From Octopus sinensis (Eukaryota), in contig NW_021834768.1 of the NCBI RefSeq assembly GCF_006345805.1, positions 1 to 25,447 on the forward strand: DNA of 25,447 nucleotides, read 5' to 3'. A model generated the notes under the pieces. It did no database searches, had not been told where the DNA came from, and saw only the letters and a list, made by a program, of their open reading frames with translations. Position numbers and translations under genes: made by a program. Position 1 is the stretch's first letter. The number at the start of each line of letters is the position of its first letter. Positions 21,809-25,447 of the stretch are shown one piece after another.

Positions 21809-22057
21809 GTTATTATATGTATATATATGTATATATATATATATAATATTATATATAATATATATATATATATATACACATATATCTATATACATATATA
21901 TATATATATTACATATATGTGTGTATACATTTTATACCATTTATTTGTATTAAAATATAATATATTGTGTGTGTGTTGTGTGTATCTATCTATATATCTA
22001 TACTCTATATATACACATACACATGTATCTACATGTACACACACACATACATATACA

Positions 22058-22114
<57 letters not shown>

Positions 22115-22398
22115 GTATATATATATTATAATATATAGTATATATCTATATATATATATATATATATATATAATAGTATATATATATATTTTTATTATAT
22201 ATATACATATATATATATCATATAATATATACATATATATATATACATATATATATATACATATTATATATACCATATATATATAAATATAATTATACAT
22301 ATATAATAACATATATATATACACATTATATACATAATAATTATACATATATATATATATACATATATAATTATACATATATATATACATATATAATT

Positions 22399-22445
<47 letters not shown>

Positions 22446-22531
22446 GTATATATATATATGTATAATTATAATGTATATATATATATGTATAATAATTTAT
22501 AGGTATAATATATGTGTATAATATATCTGTA

Positions 22532-22574
<43 letters not shown>

Positions 22575-23058
22575 TATATATATATAGTATATATATATTT
22601 ATATATTATATTATGTATATAATATATATATATGTATATATATTATGTATATATACATGTATATATATATATATAAAATAATATATATATATTCATCTAT
22701 ATGCATATATATTTACATATACATAAAAATACATACATACATGCATACATACACAGATGCATATATAGGAGTATGTATATATGTGTATATAATACACAAA
22801 CATACATACACTCACAGTTACACTCCCCCATACACACGCATAGATATATACACATACATACATATATATTCGTGTATATCCATATATATTTACATATACA
22901 TACAAATATATACGCACAGACGTATATACGTGAGTGTATATAGTAGAAAATTACACACACACATATATAAGTTATTGCGCATGCCCATTCATACATACGA
23001 GTATGTCTATATGTTCGCTTGGATGTCGTTATGTATATATATATGCATATATATATAG

Positions 23059-23089
<31 letters not shown>

Positions 23090-23755
23090 AGTGTGTGACT
23101 GTGTGCGCGTGTATATGTATATACATGTATACATGCATATAGGTATGTACGAATGTATGTCAGTGCATATGTATGAACTCTTGGTAGGTGTGTGGTTATG
23201 TGTCTTTGTGTGTGTGCGTGCGTGTTATTATGTGTGTATGCGTATGTGTGCTTGTCTGTGTGTTCGTGCGCCTGTGTTTGATGGCTTAAAGACCGGATAT
23301 TTGCTTATTCGGTAAAAAGGTTTCATTTCGAATATGGTCGTTTCTCGTTACAGAATTCCTTAATTGCACAGTCAGCGGATTGGAATCACACATACAGTGT
23401 CACACAGTGTCACACAGTACATATAGCCGCGCGCACACACACGCACACATACACAGACACACAAACAGGCACATACACATACACACATATACACACATAC
23501 ATACATGTAAATATGCATATATATGTATATACATATATATATATATATGTCATATATATATATACGTATATATATATATATATGTTTATATATATATGTA
23601 TGTATGTATATATATATATGTATGTATATATATATATATATATATATGTGTGGTGTGTGTGTGTGTGTGTGTGTGTGTATATTATACGTATTTATATACA
23701 CATACAATGAAACACACATCTCCACATATATGCATACATTATATATATATTATAT

Positions 23756-23792
<37 letters not shown>

Positions 23793-23800
23793 GCGTACAC
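21340..23800. repeat. ~2.5-kb TA/CA/TG microsatellite field
   Basis: Directly visible; contains an internal ~300-bp-spaced duplication (acacatacacatgtatctacat at ~21711 and ~22013). Confidence 0.93.
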
Positions 23801-24088
23801 ACACATGCGCATGAGCTGTAATACAGAATGAAACTAGATGTATACGCAACATGCGTACACATAAATGCACGGAATGACATGTGTGGACTAAACACACCCA
23901 CACATAAAGAAATACTAAATACTCAGGCAAACGAACAATACAGATACACATATTAAGGTACTAACACACGCATCCATATATTTACATGCATACAAACACA
24001 CATATATATATATATTTCAAAATGTAACCACATGTGAATCGTTGGCGATTTGCCCCCTCCATCTTCCTTTTCTATTGGACTTTCCTCT

Positions 24089-24124
24089 GCTTCTGAAGAA
24101 GAGCGTCTGCTCGAAACGTTAAAC
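24089..24124 (+). ncRNA. Minimal type I hammerhead motif (unit 1)
   Basis: GCTT-CTGAAGA-A-GAGC-gtct-GCTC-GAAA-CG-TT-AAAC; canonical core; one mismatch in stem I. Confidence 0.6.
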
Positions 24125-24371
24125 CTTTAAACTACCTTTCTTTCCTTCCCTGAGTATCTGCTAATACTTTACATGTACCACATCCGCACCTAGTTGTTTT
24201 GTGTTTGTTATTCTTTTTTGGGGATTTACTATATATATATATCTATATATATATATGCCCAAACATACATGTGTATGTATATACATATGTCTTTCAAAAT
24301 GTGACCGCATGTGTACCGTTGGCGATTTTTTTCCCTCTGTCTTCCCTTCTCTGGGTCTTTCCTTCTCCTAT

Positions 24372-24406
24372 GTTTCCGACGAAGAGCTCCGCTCGAAACG
24401 TTAAAC
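24372..24406 (+). ncRNA. Minimal type I hammerhead motif (unit 2, U4C variant)
   Basis: GTTT-CCGACGA-A-GAGC-tcc-GCTC-GAAA-CG-TT-AAAC; perfect 4-bp stems I and II. Confidence 0.55.
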
Positions 24407-24559
24407 CCTCCTTCTTCCCTTCTTTCCTGAGCGTCCAATAATACTATATTTGTTCCACGTCCTCGCGTTGTTGTGTTTTTTTCGTGTTTTCTTGTTTGGA
24501 TTAACTTTATATACATATGTATGTCTATACAGACGGTGTCACAGTGTATATTCCTTCTC

Positions 24560-25152
24560 AGACACATTCATACCGACAGCCAGTACAGGGTACTTGTCAA
24601 AGCTTCCATTCTTTGAATGTCTCGAAAACGATTGCCTCCAACGTTTTCCTTCAGCTTGGAGAAGAACCAAAAGTCACAGGGAACAAAAAGAGGTCTGAAC
24701 TGTACGGAAGGTGAGGGATAGCTTTGATGCTCACCTTTGTCAAAGAGTTGGTTGCCAGGGATGAACTTGTACCCTGATACATTGTACTTGTACGGATGCT
24801 CTGTTCTTTTGCGACGACATTTTTCTTGAACACTCTCAAAACCATCACGAAGTAGTCTTTGTTGATCATCTGGCTAGAGGTAACCCATCAGATACAGATG
24901 TCCTTGCTGCTACAGAATGGGGATCATTGTGAGCCTTCCGGTTCATTTATTTTGCTTGGACACTTATGCAGCGAAAAGTGACCAGCAAATTTTAGTAGGG
25001 TCTGTTTCCAAATTCTGTTGCAGCTTCAGCTACGCCTTCAGTCAGGACCAACAAAAGTTCTCGTGTCAGCTTATTAAGTGGTACAGTAATGCCATACGAA
25101 ATTTACGATAAGTTAAGACAGATATAGTTGGCGCTCTTGAAAAGAGTCTCAA
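24560..25152 (-). mobile_element. Internally deleted, degenerate mariner (Tc1/mariner DD34D-type) transposon
   Basis: Across frames the minus strand reads MIP..WVTSSQMINKDYFVMVLRVF..LTKVSIKAIPHLPYSSDL / PCDFWFFSKLKENVGGNRFRDI, matching the mariner YSPDLAPxD(F/Y)xLFxxLK motif. A putative start ATGAACCGGAAG is joined almost directly to the catalytic region. One TIR-like end, agtctcaaaacttctggaatgc, lies at ~25125-25146. Confidence 0.8.
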
Positions 25153-25231
25153 AACTTCTGGAATGCAACACGCACGGACACGCACGCACGCACGCACACA
25201 CACAAACACATACACACACACACACATGTTC

Positions 25232-25447
25232 ATTTATTCTTTTCTTTATTTCAATCATTTTTGACTGCGCCCATGCTGGGGCACCGCCTTTAGTCGAACA
25301 AATTGACACCAGGACTTATTTTCTTGTAAGCCTAGAACTTATTCTATCGGTCACTTTCGCCGAACTACTTGGTTACGGAGCATATAAACACACACACCAA
25401 CATCGGTTGTCAAGCGATGGTGGGGGGGGGAGACACAGATAACAAAC
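25232..25447 (-). mobile_element. SINE-A 3' half, continuing past the window end
   Basis: ttcaatcatttttgactgcgcccatgctggggcaccgcctttagtcg...catcggttgtcaagcgatgg. Confidence 0.87.

Larger units (their letters stand above)
24015..24505 (+). mobile_element. Two diverged tandem ~277-bp units, each with a minimal hammerhead (PLE pLTR- or retrozyme-like)
   Basis: tttcaaaatgt(a/g)acc(a/g)catgtg..gttggcgattt starts at 24015 and 24292. Both units have a pyrimidine-rich leader, an HHR and a downstream cctgag..aatact..ccac. Confidence 0.6.

Noticed and set aside
21700-22140. ~300-bp-spaced duplication inside the TA field
   Set aside because: Ordinary slippage or unequal exchange in low-complexity DNA, and it may also reflect assembly error.

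Overview
AT-rich, repeat-saturated eukaryotic intergenic or intronic DNA. The SINE families and dense microsatellites resemble octopus (cephalopod) DNA; this is recognition from memory, not a database result. I can support no intact host protein-coding gene: nearly all ORFs in the track are microsatellite translations. Contents: three tRNA-derived SINE families (about 15 copies or fragments); a 5'-truncated CR1/L2-like LINE 3' end whose tail matches the commonest SINE; a decayed ORF1-only retroelement with a gag-type CCHC knuckle (13.4-15.2 kb, minus); an internally deleted mariner; and several hairpin or MITE-like elements. The most notable layer is a set of Penelope-type minimal hammerhead ribozyme (HHR) motifs. 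A ~680-bp near-perfect palindrome (3219-3901) carries two outward-facing, core-intact type I HHRs. Two more minimal HHRs lie 282 nt apart in tandem units (24.0-24.5 kb), and several degenerate relics occur elsewhere. Element boundaries are read by eye and approximate unless stated.
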